This document shows positions 18,285 to 28,523 of a DNA stretch of 64,000 nucleotides, one piece after another. This stretch comes from Candidatus Eiseniibacteriota bacterium (GTDB lineage Bacteria > Eisenbacteria > RBG-16-71-46). Under the pieces are notes generated by a model that was not told the DNA's origin, did not search any database, and saw only the letters and a list, made by a program, of their open reading frames with translations. Position numbers and translations under genes: made by a program. Position 1 is the first letter of the stretch. Every line of letters begins with the position of its first letter. The stretch is from NCBI GenBank assembly GCA_963717935.1, contig CAVQXP010000004.1, forward strand, positions 1,696,001 to 1,760,000, in the 5' to 3' direction.

Positions 18285-20113
18285 GCGGAGGGCGGCGGAT
18301 GCGCGTGTTGTTCGTGACCCAGTATTTCCCGCCCGAGACCGGGGCGGCGCCCGCGCGGGCGCTGCACTTCGCGCGCGCTCTGGAGCGCGCCGGGCACGAG
18401 GTGCGCGTGGTGACGGGTCTGCCGAACCATCCCTCCGGCGTGGTGCAGCCCGCCTACCAGCGGGTGCGCCGCGCGAGCGAGCGGGACGGCGGGATCACGG
18501 TCGAGCGGGTGTGGCTGCACGCCACGCCGCGCAGGACGCCGGTGACGCGCCTCTGGAACCACCTCTCCTTCGCGCTCTCCGCACTGGGCCCCGCGCTCGC
18601 CGGGCCGCGGCCCGGCGTGGTGCTGGCGACCATGCCGCCGCTCTTCCTGGGAGCGACCGCCTGGCTCGTGGCGCGCTGGCACGGTGCTCCGCTCGTGATC
18701 GATTGCCGCGACGATTGGCCCGCGGCGGCCGTGGCGCTGGGCGAGATGCGCGCCGGGTTCGCCACGCGCGTGCTCGGGGGGCTCGCGCGGTTCCTCCAGC
18801 GCCGCGCGGAGCGCGTGCTCGCCGTCACGCCCGGGATGCTGCGCGCCTTCGAACGGGCCGGTCTCGACGCGGGCCGTCTGGTGCTCGTCACGAACGGCGC
18901 CGACACCGATCTGTTCCGGCCGGCGCCGGCGGGGCGGCCCGGTGGCTCCGGCCGGCCGTTCACGGTGCTGTATGCGGGCACGCACGGCCTGATCCACGGC
19001 ATGGAAGCGCTGCTCGACGCCGCAGAGCGCCTGCGCGCGCGCCGCGACGTCCGCTTCCTGCTGGTGGGCGACGGCGTGGCCAAGCCCGGGCTGGAGCGGC
19101 GCGCGCGCGAGGCCGGGCTGGAGCAGGTCGAGTTCCGTCCGAGCGTGGCGCCCGAGCGGCTGGTCGAGGAGATCCACGCGGCCGACGTGTGCGTGGCGAC
19201 GACGCGGGACCATTCCTTCTGCGGCGAGACCATCCCGGTCAAGCTCTTCGACTACCTGGCCTGCGGGCGCCCGGTGGTCGCCGCGGTGAGCGGGGACGCG
19301 GCGCGCGTGGTCGAGGAGTCGGGCGGGGGCGTGGTGGTCCCCCCGGGCGACGGGGCAGCCCTGGCGGAGGCGCTCGCGGCGCTCGCGGCCGACCCGGCGC
19401 GGTGCGCGGCCCTCGGCGCGGCCGGGCCCGCGTTCATCGAGGAGCGCTACTCGCGACGGGCGGTGGGGACGAAGCTCGTGGCGTTGCTGGAGCAGGTCTT
19501 GCGCCTGGCACGCGGGCGGGACGTGGCGCCCCGGCCGGCGGGACCCGGCGGCGCCGCCAAGCGCGCGGTGGACCTGGTCGTGGCCGGCGTCCTGCTCGTG
19601 GTCCTGGCGCCGCTCCTCGTCGCGCTCGCGCTCGCGGTCCGGCTCGACTCGCCCGGGCCGGCGCTCTTCCGCCAGCGGCGAGTGGGCCGCGCCTCACGCG
19701 AGTTCACCATCCTCAAGTTTCGCACCATGCGGGTGGGCACGCCGGACCTGGCCTCGCACCTCATGGGGCCGGGCTCGGACCGGGTCACGCGCGTCGGGCG
19801 GTGGTTGCGACGCACGAGCCTGGACGAGTTGCCGCAGTTGCTGAACGTGCTGGTCGGCGACATGACGCTGGTGGGACCACGGCCCGCGCTGCACAATCAG
19901 CACGACCTGGTCGCGCTGCGCCAGCAGGCCGGCGTGGACGCGCTCAAGCCCGGCGTGACCGGCTGGGCGCAGATCCACGGGCGCGACGACCTCCCGCTGG
20001 ACCGGAAGGTGGCCTACGACCACTGGTACCTCGAGCATGTCTCCTTCGGGCTCGACCTGGCCATCGCGCTGCGCACGCCCTTCGCGCTGCTCTCCTCGCG
20101 GGGGGTGTTCTGA
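18281..20113 (+). CDS. WbuB-like GT4 glycosyltransferase fused to an intact monotopic phosphoglycosyl transferase
   Basis: TQYFPPETGA, TGLPNHPSG, YAGTHG, PVKLFDYLACGRP; C-terminal KRAVDL...DSPGP...KFRTM...SLDELPQLLNVLVGDMTLVGPRP...PGVTGWAQI. Confidence 0.9.
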   Translation: MSGGRRMRVLFVTQYFPPETGAAPARALHFARALERAGHEVRVVTGLPNHPSGVVQPAYQRVRRASERDGGITVERVWLHATPRRTPVTRLWNHLSFALSALGPALAGPRPGVVLATMPPLFLGATAWLVARWHGAPLVIDCRDDWPAAAVALGEMRAGFATRVLGGLARFLQRRAERVLAVTPGMLRAFERAGLDAGRLVLVTNGADTDLFRPAPAGRPGGSGRPFTVLYAGTHGLIHGMEALLDAAERLRARRDVRFLLVGDGVAKPGLERRAREAGLEQVEFRPSVAPERLVEEIHAADVCVATTRDHSFCGETIPVKLFDYLACGRPVVAAVSGDAARVVEESGGGVVVPPGDGAALAEALAALAADPARCAALGAAGPAFIEERYSRRAVGTKLVALLEQVLRLARGRDVAPRPAGPGGAAKRAVDLVVAGVLLVVLAPLLVALALAVRLDSPGPALFRQRRVGRASREFTILKFRTMRVGTPDLASHLMGPGSDRVTRVGRWLRRTSLDELPQLLNVLVGDMTLVGPRPALHNQHDLVALRQQAGVDALKPGVTGWAQIHGRDDLPLDRKVAYDHWYLEHVSFGLDLAIALRTPFALLSSRGVF

Positions 20114-21012
20114 TGCAGCGCCCGGGCCCGACGGCGGGCGCGACGGTGTCCGCGACGGGGCGCGGGTGGACGGAACACGCCGCGGCGTACGCGAGCGCGG
20201 CGCTGGTCGCGCTCCTGCTCGGACTCATCTACCATCGCACCGTCGCGGGGCTCTGGGCCATGTGGACCACGAACGACAACTACTCCCACGGACCGCTGGT
20301 GCCGCTGGTGTCGCTGGCGCTGATCGTGTCCCGGCGCGAGCGCCTGCGCGCGCTGCCGCGGACGGGCGACTGGCTCGGGTTCGGGCTCGTGGCCCTGGCC
20401 TGCGCGCTCCAGGTGCTGGGCGTGCGCGCGGACGTCCTCACCCTGCAGGGCTGGTCGCTCGTGCTGGTGCTCTACGGGCTCGCTCTCGCGCTCCTGGGCG
20501 GACCGCTCACGCGCTCGCTCGCCTTTCCCATCGGCTACCTGGTCTTCATGCTCACCTTTCCGCCGTTCGTGATGAACCGGCTCAGCTTCGCCCTGAAGGA
20601 GGTGGCCGTGCAGGCCGCCGCGCACGCCTCCGAGATGCTGGGCGTGACGCTGCAGCGCAGCGGCATGACTCTCTGGCTCGCCAGCGGCGCGCTCGAGATC
20701 GAGAACCCCTGCAGCGGCCTTCGCTCGCTGCTGGCGATGCTGGCGACCGGCGTGCTCTTCGCGTCGCTGCTGCCTGCGGGCTGGTGGCGGCGCGCCCTGC
20801 TCGTGCTGCTGGCCGTGCCGATGGCCATCGCGGGGAACGCCCTGCGCATCACCCTGCTCGTGGTGATGGCTCACTACGTTGGCATCAAGCAGGCACTGGG
20901 GGTGTTCCACGACGTGTCGGGCTACCTGACGTACGGCCTCTCGCTCGCCGGGCTGCTGGCGGCCTGGGCGCTGCTCCAGTCGCGCGGTCCCGCGCCGGCG
21001 CGCCGGCCGTGA
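20113..21012 (+). CDS. xrt: Exosortase (EpsH family)
   Basis: About 8 TM segments; YSHGPLVP, catalytic Cys in ENPCSGLRSL, GNALRI (Arg), FHD (His). Confidence 0.92.
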   Translation: MQRPGPTAGATVSATGRGWTEHAAAYASAALVALLLGLIYHRTVAGLWAMWTTNDNYSHGPLVPLVSLALIVSRRERLRALPRTGDWLGFGLVALACALQVLGVRADVLTLQGWSLVLVLYGLALALLGGPLTRSLAFPIGYLVFMLTFPPFVMNRLSFALKEVAVQAAAHASEMLGVTLQRSGMTLWLASGALEIENPCSGLRSLLAMLATGVLFASLLPAGWWRRALLVLLAVPMAIAGNALRITLLVVMAHYVGIKQALGVFHDVSGYLTYGLSLAGLLAAWALLQSRGPAPARRP

Positions 21013-21647
21013 GGCTCCTCGCCGTCCTCCTCCTGCTCGCGGCCACCGCCGCCTATGTGCTGGTGCACCCGCCTGCGAACCTGGCCGTGGGCCGGGGAGC
21101 GCTGGCGGCCTGCCCGGCCGTCTTCGGTGACTGGAACGGCACGGACCTCTCGTTCGAGGATGCCGTGCTCGAGGAGCTCAGGGCCGACGACGTGCTTGTG
21201 CGCCGCTATGCCCTGGGGGACGAGGTGACCTGGCTCACCATCGTCTACCACCAGAATCGTCGCTACGGATCGCACGATCCCCGGTTGTGCTACGAGTCGC
21301 AGGGCTACCTGGTGGAGCCGCTGGGCCGCCGTCGCGTGGAGGACGGCAGCCCTGCCGGGCTCCAGGTCAACGTGTTCCGCGCGGTCCGCCCGCGCGAGCG
21401 GCGGCTGGTATATTACTGGTGGACGACTCGCAACCTGGTCACGGCGGACGTCGCCACGCTGCGTCAGCGCATGGCGCTGGCGGGCGCGCTCGACAACCGG
21501 TCGTGGGGCGCGTTCGTGCGGGTCGAGACGCGGCTGGGGAACGGGGGCGAGACACGGGCCACCGCGGCGCTCGATGATTTCACGGCGCGCGTGGCGCGTG
21601 CCCTGCCCGGCGTGTTCGCCGCGGCGGAACGGAGGCCGGGCCGATGA
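21009..21647 (+). CDS. epsI: EpsI family exosortase-associated protein
   Basis: N-terminal anchor, FGDWNG.D, HDPRLCYESQGY, LVYYWW, AFVRV; directly follows the exosortase. Confidence 0.85.
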   Translation: MRLLAVLLLLAATAAYVLVHPPANLAVGRGALAACPAVFGDWNGTDLSFEDAVLEELRADDVLVRRYALGDEVTWLTIVYHQNRRYGSHDPRLCYESQGYLVEPLGRRRVEDGSPAGLQVNVFRAVRPRERRLVYYWWTTRNLVTADVATLRQRMALAGALDNRSWGAFVRVETRLGNGGETRATAALDDFTARVARALPGVFAAAERRPGR

Positions 21648-22489
21648 AGGTGCTCGAACAGCTGGCGCTGGCGGGGCAGGCGCTGTGGCTCACGCTGCGC
21701 GAGCTGCGTGCGGGGTGGTTGTGGGTGCCGTGGCTCGTCCTGGGCGTGTTCCAGTGCGCGGCGCTGCTGGCTCTCCTGGGCTTCGCCCATCCGCTGCTGG
21801 CCGGGGTGGTGGCCCCGTTCGTACGGTCGGTCGGTGGCGAGTCGGCCCTGCACTTCCCGGACTTCTATCGGGCGCTTCCGTTTCTGTACTCACGCATGGA
21901 TCTCGTGCTGAGCTCGCTCGCCGGCGCGGTCGCCACGGGCTGGAGCATCCGGCTCTTCGCCGCGCGCTGGCGCCAGCAGGCGCTGGCGGCCGGCGGGGCG
22001 TGGGCGGAGATCGCGCCGCGGGCCCTGACGCTCGTGCTGGCGCAGCTTCCCTTCCAACTGCTGGTGCTGCTCCTCACTGGCCTGCTCGATCACGCTCTGG
22101 CCGGCCAGGGCGGACTCGTGCGGCGCCTCGGCCATTTCGTGACCCTCGGTGGGGTGGCCGGGCTGCAGGCGCTCTTCCTCTACCTTCCCGCGCTGATCGT
22201 GCTCGAGCGGCGCGGGCTGTGGCGCGCGTTCGCGAGCCTGCCGCGAGCCTGGGCGCGCGGCTTGTGGGCGGCGCTCCTGCTCGGGCTGGTGGCCCTGCTG
22301 CCGCTCCTGCCGCTCGAGGGGCTGGGACAGCGGAGCGACCTGCTGGTGGTCCGGGGCTCTCCCGAACTCGTCGCCTGGCTCACCGCGATGCAGCTCGTTG
22401 TCGGGCTCGTCGTGTCGTTCCTGCTGGCCGGGAGCTCGACGCTGGTCTACCTCGGGGCCGTGGCCGACGAGCCCGGGGAGGAGGGATGA
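21644..22489 (+). CDS. Hypothetical polytopic membrane protein
   Basis: About 6 hydrophobic segments; translationally coupled to both neighbours. Confidence 0.75.
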   Translation: MKVLEQLALAGQALWLTLRELRAGWLWVPWLVLGVFQCAALLALLGFAHPLLAGVVAPFVRSVGGESALHFPDFYRALPFLYSRMDLVLSSLAGAVATGWSIRLFAARWRQQALAAGGAWAEIAPRALTLVLAQLPFQLLVLLLTGLLDHALAGQGGLVRRLGHFVTLGGVAGLQALFLYLPALIVLERRGLWRAFASLPRAWARGLWAALLLGLVALLPLLPLEGLGQRSDLLVVRGSPELVAWLTAMQLVVGLVVSFLLAGSSTLVYLGAVADEPGEEG

Positions 22490-24021
22490 GCGTGCACGTT
22501 CGTCTCGCCCTCCGGGGCCCGGGTCAGATGGCCGCCCTGCTGGGCCTGGCGCTGCTGGCTGTGGGTTGCGGGGACCGCGGACTCTGGGCGCGCTGGCGCG
22601 CGGAACGCGGCGCGTGGCGCGCGCAACGCGCGGTCGAGCGCATCGAGATCAACCCCCGCCTCGCCGGCGCCGCCGACTGGGCTCGGGCGGATGCGGCGTG
22701 CCGCCTGGTCACCGCGGGCTTCCCGGCGGAGGCGTGGTCGGCGCGGGCCCGCGCGGGTGACTCGATGGCCTCCGAGGTGCTCGAAGCCTCGGGCCGGGCC
22801 GCACTGCTGTGGGCGCGGCTCGAGGATCTTCGCGAGCGCCCCGGGGCGGCGCTCGCGGCCTACGAGCGCGCGCGGAGCGACTACGCGGCGGCCCCCGGCC
22901 TCTCGCTCGGAGCCGCGGTGGCGCAGGCCCGTCTGCTGGCCGACCTGGGGCGACCGGGGGAGGCGGAGGAGGTCTGGTGCGCCATCGCGCGGGACTACCC
23001 GGCCGCCGACCCACGCACCGGGGCGCTCTTCGACGCGGTCCTCGACGCGCCGCTGCTCCTGGCTCGCGACCGGCGCGCGCGCGGCGACACGGAGGGCGCG
23101 GACTCGGTGCTGCGCGCGGCCGAAGGGACCTACTTGCACCTGCTGCCCGCGCAACGCGGGCTCCCGGCGGCGCCCGCGCTGTGGGTGCGTGTCAGCGAGG
23201 CCCGTTCGGCGCGGGGGGATGCGGCGGGCGCGCGGGGGGCGCTGCGACACGCGCTCGCCGACCCGGCGGGGGCCGCGATGGCCCCGCGGCTGGTGCTGAT
23301 GCTGGCCCGCCGGGCGCTGGAAAGCGCGCAGCCCGACACGGCGCTGGCCTACGCGGACTGGGCCGCGCGCGGCTTCGGCGGCGCGGCGCGCCCGGCGGCC
23401 CTGTTGGTCGCCGCCCAGGCCTGGCGGGCCCGTGGCGCCCCGGACTCTGCGCTGCAGGCGTACGAGCGGCTCCTCGAGGAGGAGCCCGGCGACCTGGACA
23501 AGGCGGCCGAGGCCCGCTTCGGGCGGGCGCGACTCCTCGAGGACCTGGGCCGTTGGGATCAGGCCCGCGGGGAGTACCATGCGCTCGCCAGCGCCGTGCC
23601 GACGCATCCGCTGGCCTTCGAATCCATGGTGCGCGTGGTTCGCTACCACCTCGGACGGGGTGAGCGTGGCCTGGGGCTGACCGAGGCGCGGCACGCGCTG
23701 GCAGCGCTGGACGCGCTGATCGCAAATCAGCAGGATGATGACGTGCAGGTGCGGGCGGGCGAAGCCCGCGCGCGCCTGCTGTTCGAGACCGACGACACCC
23801 GCGGCGGTTGCGGCGCACTGGCCGCGCTGCTGCGGCGCTACTCCGAGGCACCGCTTGATGCTGCGCTGTTGACGAAGGCGGCCGAGGCGGCCGAGACGCG
23901 ACTCAACGACACCGACCTGGCACTCGAGTTGTACCGGGCGGCCGCTGCTCGGGCTGTGGCCCCGGAGTTGCGCCGCCGGGCCCGCGCCGCAGTGGGCCGC
24001 CTGGCGGACCTGCCGCGATAG
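22486..24021 (+). CDS. TPR-repeat lipoprotein (positional equivalent of PrsT)
   Basis: Lipobox LAVG-C; TPR-like units (ALAAYER...Y, ALQAYERLL...P, ARLLEDLGRWDQA); lies just upstream of prsK. Confidence 0.7.
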   Translation: MSVHVRLALRGPGQMAALLGLALLAVGCGDRGLWARWRAERGAWRAQRAVERIEINPRLAGAADWARADAACRLVTAGFPAEAWSARARAGDSMASEVLEASGRAALLWARLEDLRERPGAALAAYERARSDYAAAPGLSLGAAVAQARLLADLGRPGEAEEVWCAIARDYPAADPRTGALFDAVLDAPLLLARDRRARGDTEGADSVLRAAEGTYLHLLPAQRGLPAAPALWVRVSEARSARGDAAGARGALRHALADPAGAAMAPRLVLMLARRALESAQPDTALAYADWAARGFGGAARPAALLVAAQAWRARGAPDSALQAYERLLEEEPGDLDKAAEARFGRARLLEDLGRWDQARGEYHALASAVPTHPLAFESMVRVVRYHLGRGERGLGLTEARHALAALDALIANQQDDDVQVRAGEARARLLFETDDTRGGCGALAALLRRYSEAPLDAALLTKAAEAAETRLNDTDLALELYRAAAARAVAPELRRRARAAVGRLADLPR

Positions 24022-24030
24022 GAGGACACC

Positions 24031-26211
24031 TTGAACCTGACGTACCTGCCGCTCCAGGTCAGTCTCGTCACCGCGAGCGCGTTGCTTGCCACGATGATCG
24101 GGCTGCTCGCCCTGCTGCGGCGCGGGCACTGGCTGGTGACCCTGCTGTTCTCGTCGGCGTTTCTCAGCATGGCGGCCTTCCAGGCCGGGACCCTCGGCAT
24201 CGTGTACGCCGACTCCGCGCTGGCGGCCCGCACCTGGGCCACCTACCTGGCACAGGTCTCGGCACTGGCGTCGTGGCTGTGGCTCGCGCTCAGCGTGGTG
24301 CTGGCACGGCCCGACCCGTGGAAGCAGATCCGCGACGCGGGCGCCTACCTCACGCTGGCGCTCGTGGGCTGCGCGATCCTGTGGGGCATCGCCGGCACGC
24401 CCTGGGTGGTGCGCGAAGTGACCGGTGTGCGCGGCAGCGGGGTGATCCAGCTCGGGCCCCTGGGCAAGATCTACCTCATGTACCTGGTGGTCGTGATGGT
24501 GGCGATGCTGATGAATTTCGAGCGCATGCTGCGCATCGCCCCGGTCACCGTTCAGCGCTGGCTGCGCCCGTTGTTCGTCGCGTTCCTGGTGGGCATCCTG
24601 AGCGAGATGCTGCTGGTCTCGGGAGGGTTGCTCTTCGGCGGATTCCGGGTGTCCTGGCTGGCGGGGAGCGCGGTGCCCATGTTCGCGGCGGGAACGGTCA
24701 CCGCCCTGGCACTGGCGCGCCGACGCCTCTCGGACATGAGCGTGCCGATGGCCCGCCCGGTCATCTACTACTCCTCGGTCTCGCTCACCCTGGCCGGTGC
24801 CTTCCTGCTCCTGATGGCGGTGCTCTCGAAGGTTGTCCCGGTGCTCTCGCCCGAGGCCAAGCATGTCGTGAGCCTGGCCTTCTACCTGCTCGCGGGCGGT
24901 GGCGGGCTGTTGCTGACGCTGAGTCCGCGCACCAACCGCGCGGTGAAGCGCTTCGTGGACCGCAACTTCTACGCGAACCGCTACGACTACCGGCGTGAGT
25001 GGGAGCGCGTGAGCGCGGGCATCGTGCCGACGGCGCGGCTGGAGGACGTCGCGCGCCAGATGGAGGTGCTGGTGTGCGCCATCTTCGGCGCGGAGCGGGC
25101 GGCCATCTACCTGCGCGACGACGGGCGATCGGGCCTGCCCGGCATGGCCGCGCCGTTCCGCCGGCTGCACGGTCCGTCCGCCCTGCCGACCGTCATCGCT
25201 CCCGACAACGCGCTGGTGCGCGAACTGGAGCGCACGCGCATGCCGGTCGTGTTCCACGACGTGCGGCGGGATCTGGACCTCATCCCGATCGCGGTCGAGA
25301 ACCGCCCGACCATCCAGGCGATGACAGCCGCGGTGTGCGCTCCGCTGCAGGCCGGCGAGAGCGTGGTGGGGCTCCTGTGGCTCTCCGAGAAGCGCGACGA
25401 CGAGGCGTACACGCACGAGGACGCCGAGTTCCTCGGCGCCATGGCCCGCCAGCTCGGCGCGGCCCTGTGGTTCGCGCGCCTGGCAGAGCAGCTGGCGGAG
25501 ACACGGCAGCTCGAGTCGCTGAACCGGCTCTCGAGCTACGTGCTCCACGACATCAAGAACCAGGTCTCGGGCCTCTCGCTCGTGGTCCAGAACGCGCGCC
25601 GCTTCATGGACAACCCCGACTTCCAGCGCGACGCGCTGAAGACCATCGAGGGGACCGTGGCGAGCCTCACGCAGCTCATGAACCAGGTGGCCGGGATGGC
25701 GCGGCCCACGGACGTGCAGGTGGCGCCGTGCGAACTCAAGGGCCTGCTGGACGAGGCGGCTGCCTCGTCCGGGCTGGGCGGAACCGGCGCGGCAGCGGCG
25801 GACGTGCGCTTCCGGCTCACCTGGCGCGGGCCCGAAACGGCCGCGCTCGATCGCCGGCTCATGCTGCGCGTGCTCGTCAACCTGCTCACGAACGCGCGCG
25901 AGTCGCTCGGCGGACCCGGCGAGATCGAGCTGGCCGCCGGGCTCGAGCCCGATGCCGCCGGTGCGCAGAACCTCGTCTTCCGCGTGCGCGACACCGGGCA
26001 TGGCATGAGCGAGGAGTTCATCCGCACGTCCCTCTTCCGCCCGTTCGCCACGACCAAGCCCACCGGGCTGGGCGTCGGCCTCAGCCAGTGCCGCAGCATC
26101 GTCGAGGTCCTGGGCGGGACCATCACCGTCGACAGCCGCCCGGGCACGGGCACCACGTTCGCGGTGCACCTGCCGCTCGCCGCCGCCGAGACCACGGAGA
26201 AGTCCGCATGA
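24031..26211 (+). CDS. prsK: PEP-CTERM system sensor histidine kinase
   Basis: Multi-TM N-terminus, 'RNFYANRYDYRREW', GAF domain, H-box SYVLHDIKN...NPDFQRD, NLLTNA, DTGHGM, LFRPFATTK..GLGVGL; AGGAGG RBS. Confidence 0.9.
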   Translation: MNLTYLPLQVSLVTASALLATMIGLLALLRRGHWLVTLLFSSAFLSMAAFQAGTLGIVYADSALAARTWATYLAQVSALASWLWLALSVVLARPDPWKQIRDAGAYLTLALVGCAILWGIAGTPWVVREVTGVRGSGVIQLGPLGKIYLMYLVVVMVAMLMNFERMLRIAPVTVQRWLRPLFVAFLVGILSEMLLVSGGLLFGGFRVSWLAGSAVPMFAAGTVTALALARRRLSDMSVPMARPVIYYSSVSLTLAGAFLLLMAVLSKVVPVLSPEAKHVVSLAFYLLAGGGGLLLTLSPRTNRAVKRFVDRNFYANRYDYRREWERVSAGIVPTARLEDVARQMEVLVCAIFGAERAAIYLRDDGRSGLPGMAAPFRRLHGPSALPTVIAPDNALVRELERTRMPVVFHDVRRDLDLIPIAVENRPTIQAMTAAVCAPLQAGESVVGLLWLSEKRDDEAYTHEDAEFLGAMARQLGAALWFARLAEQLAETRQLESLNRLSSYVLHDIKNQVSGLSLVVQNARRFMDNPDFQRDALKTIEGTVASLTQLMNQVAGMARPTDVQVAPCELKGLLDEAAASSGLGGTGAAAADVRFRLTWRGPETAALDRRLMLRVLVNLLTNARESLGGPGEIELAAGLEPDAAGAQNLVFRVRDTGHGMSEEFIRTSLFRPFATTKPTGLGVGLSQCRSIVEVLGGTITVDSRPGTGTTFAVHLPLAAAETTEKSA

Positions 26212-27651
26212 GCCGCGAGAAGGTCCTGATCGTCGACGACGAGGAAGCCATCCTGAGCCAGCTTCGCTGGGGACTTCAGGAGGAATACGACGTGCTGACC
26301 GCGTCCACGCCCGAGGAGGCGCGGCGCCAGCTGCGGGAGGAGCGCCCCAGCGTGGTGACGCTCGACCTGACGCTGCGCTCCGGTGGCGGCCCCGAGGACG
26401 GCCTGCAACTCCTCGACGAGATCGTGGACCAGTATCCGCTGACCAAGGTGATCATGGTCACCGGGAACGACGACCCGCAGAACGCCCTGCTCGCGATCCA
26501 CCGGGGCGCGGTGGACTGGTACTCCAAGCCGATCGAGCTCGACGAGCTCCGGGGCATCCTGCGGCGGGCGCTCCACGTGCGCTCGATCGAGCAGCTGCGG
26601 GGCGGCGCGGTGCTCTCCGGGCCGAAGCGCTACCACCGGCTGGTGGGGGAGTCCGAGGCGATCCGCCGGGTGTTCGCGCTCGTCCAGCGCGTGGCCGGGA
26701 CCGACGCGACGGTGCTGATCACCGGCGAGAACGGCTCCGGCAAGGAGCTGGTGGCCCACGCCATCCACACGGCCGGCGCCCGGCGGACCGGGCCGTTCGT
26801 GCCCATCAATTGCGGGGCCATCCCGGAGCAGTTGCTCGAGAGCGAATTGTTCGGGCACGAGCGCGGCGCCTTCACCGACGCCCACCGCATGCGCGAGGGC
26901 AAGCTGGAGCTGGCGGAGGGGGGCACCATCTTCCTGGACGAGATCGCGGAGCTGCCCACGCACCTGCAGGTGAAGCTGCTGCGCTTCCTGCAGGACAAGG
27001 TGGTCGAGCGCGTGGGCGGGCGGGAGCAACGCAAGGTGGACGCTCGCGTCGTGGCCGCCACCAACCAGGATCTCAAGGCGGCGATCGCGGCGGGGCGCTT
27101 CCGCGAGGATCTCTATCTACCGGCTGAGCGTCGTGAACATCGCGGTGCCGCCGCTACGCGAGCGTGGCGACGACCTGCGGCTGCTGGCGGAGTTCTTCCT
27201 CGGCTTCTACGCGATGCACCACAAGCGCCGCATCCGCGGCTTCACGCAGGCCGCGCTGCGGGCGGTGCAGGCGCACCCCTGGCCCGGGAACGTGCGCGAG
27301 CTGGAGAATCGCGTGCAACGCGCGGTGATCCTGGCGCAGGGCGCCCACGTGCGGCCCTCGGACCTCGAGCTGGAGGCGGGGCTCGAGGACGGGCCGCAGA
27401 GCCTGCAGGGCGCCCGCGACGAGGCGGAGCAGCGGCTGCTGGTCGAGTCGCTCACACGCAACGCCGGCAACATCACGCGTGCGGCACGCGACATCAGGGT
27501 GAGCCGGCCCACCTTCCACGACCTGCTCCGCAAGCATGGCATCGAGGTGGGGCGCTACCGCAAGCCTGACGTGCCTGGGCCGGTCGAGCCGGAGGGGGAC
27601 GGGGAGGCCGAGGGCGACGAGCCGGGCGGGCCGGCGGAGGAGCGGCCGTGA
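26208..27651 (+). CDS. prsR: Sigma54-dependent response regulator (apparent frameshift near 27115)
   Basis: Receiver (LIVDDE, TLDL), AAA+ GENGSGKE, GAFTDA, FLDEI, RFREDLY, then WPGNVRELEN and a Fis HTH in the next frame. Confidence 0.88.
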
Positions 27652-28295
27652 GCCCGGGCTATTTCCTCGCCATCGCCGGGAACATCGGGGTCGGCAAGAC
27701 GGAGCTCACGACGCGGCTCAGCGCGGAGCTGGGCTGGATGGCGTACTACGAGCCGGTCATCCAGAACCCGTACCTGGACGACTTCTACGCCGACATGTCG
27801 CGCTGGAGCTTCCACCTGCAGATCTACTTCCTGAGCGAGCGCTTCAAGGCGCAGGTCCAGATCGGCTCGAGCCCGCTGCCCTTCATCCAGGACCGCACGA
27901 TCTACGAGGACGCCGAGATCTTCGCCCGGGTGCTGCACGACCAGGGCTCGATGTCGGCGGTCGACTACCGCAACTACACGTCGCTCTTCCACGTGCTGGT
28001 GGGGTTCCTGCGCAAGCCGGACCTCATCGTCTACCTGAAGGCGAGCCCCGACGTGCTCATGGAGCGCATCGGGCGCCGGGGACGCGCCAGCGAGCAGAGC
28101 ATCCACCGCGACTACATCGCGCGCCTGAACGGCGCCTACGATGACTGGATGCGGCGCGCGCGCGCCGAGACCGAGGTGCTGGAGATCGACACCGACCAGG
28201 TGCCGCTCCAGGGCGAGACCGAGGCCTTCGCGCGGCTGGTGGGCGACCTGAAAGCGCGCTACCCGAGGCAGGCGGTGCTGGACCTGGGAGAGTAG
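27648..28295 (+). CDS. Deoxynucleoside kinase (dAK/dGK family)
   Basis: IAGNIGVGKT P-loop, EP..NPYL..FY, LQIYFL..RF, QDRTIYED, PDLIVYL. Confidence 0.93.
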   Translation: MSPGYFLAIAGNIGVGKTELTTRLSAELGWMAYYEPVIQNPYLDDFYADMSRWSFHLQIYFLSERFKAQVQIGSSPLPFIQDRTIYEDAEIFARVLHDQGSMSAVDYRNYTSLFHVLVGFLRKPDLIVYLKASPDVLMERIGRRGRASEQSIHRDYIARLNGAYDDWMRRARAETEVLEIDTDQVPLQGETEAFARLVGDLKARYPRQAVLDLGE

Positions 28296-28378
28296 GGGGA
28301 CGGCCGGCTCCGCGGGCCTTGCTGCGCGACAGCCCCTCGTCCGTGGCCCAAGGGCGATCGCCCTCATGGGCGCGAAAC

Positions 28379-28523
28379 GCCGGGCCTGCCGGAGCCGTGG
28401 GACGAGCAGAGGCACCATGCGCTCGCCCCACGGCTCCGGCAGGCCCGGCTGCGCGATGGCCGTGACAGCCGAAGGACGAGCGCATGGTGCCTCTGCTCGT
28501 CCTTCGGCTGTCACAGCCATCGC
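28379..28523. repeat. Twin 71-nt palindromes with reverse-complementary 13-nt loops
   Basis: Hairpin 1 spans 28379-28449 and hairpin 2 spans 28453-28523. Each has 29-bp arms with one mismatch. The loops are AGAGGCACCATGC and GCATGGTGCCTCT. Confidence 0.9.

Noticed and set aside
28379..28523. CRISPR array or integron attC sites
   Set aside because: Only two units, in inverted orientation, with no cas or integrase gene nearby and no attC core sites or extrahelical bases.
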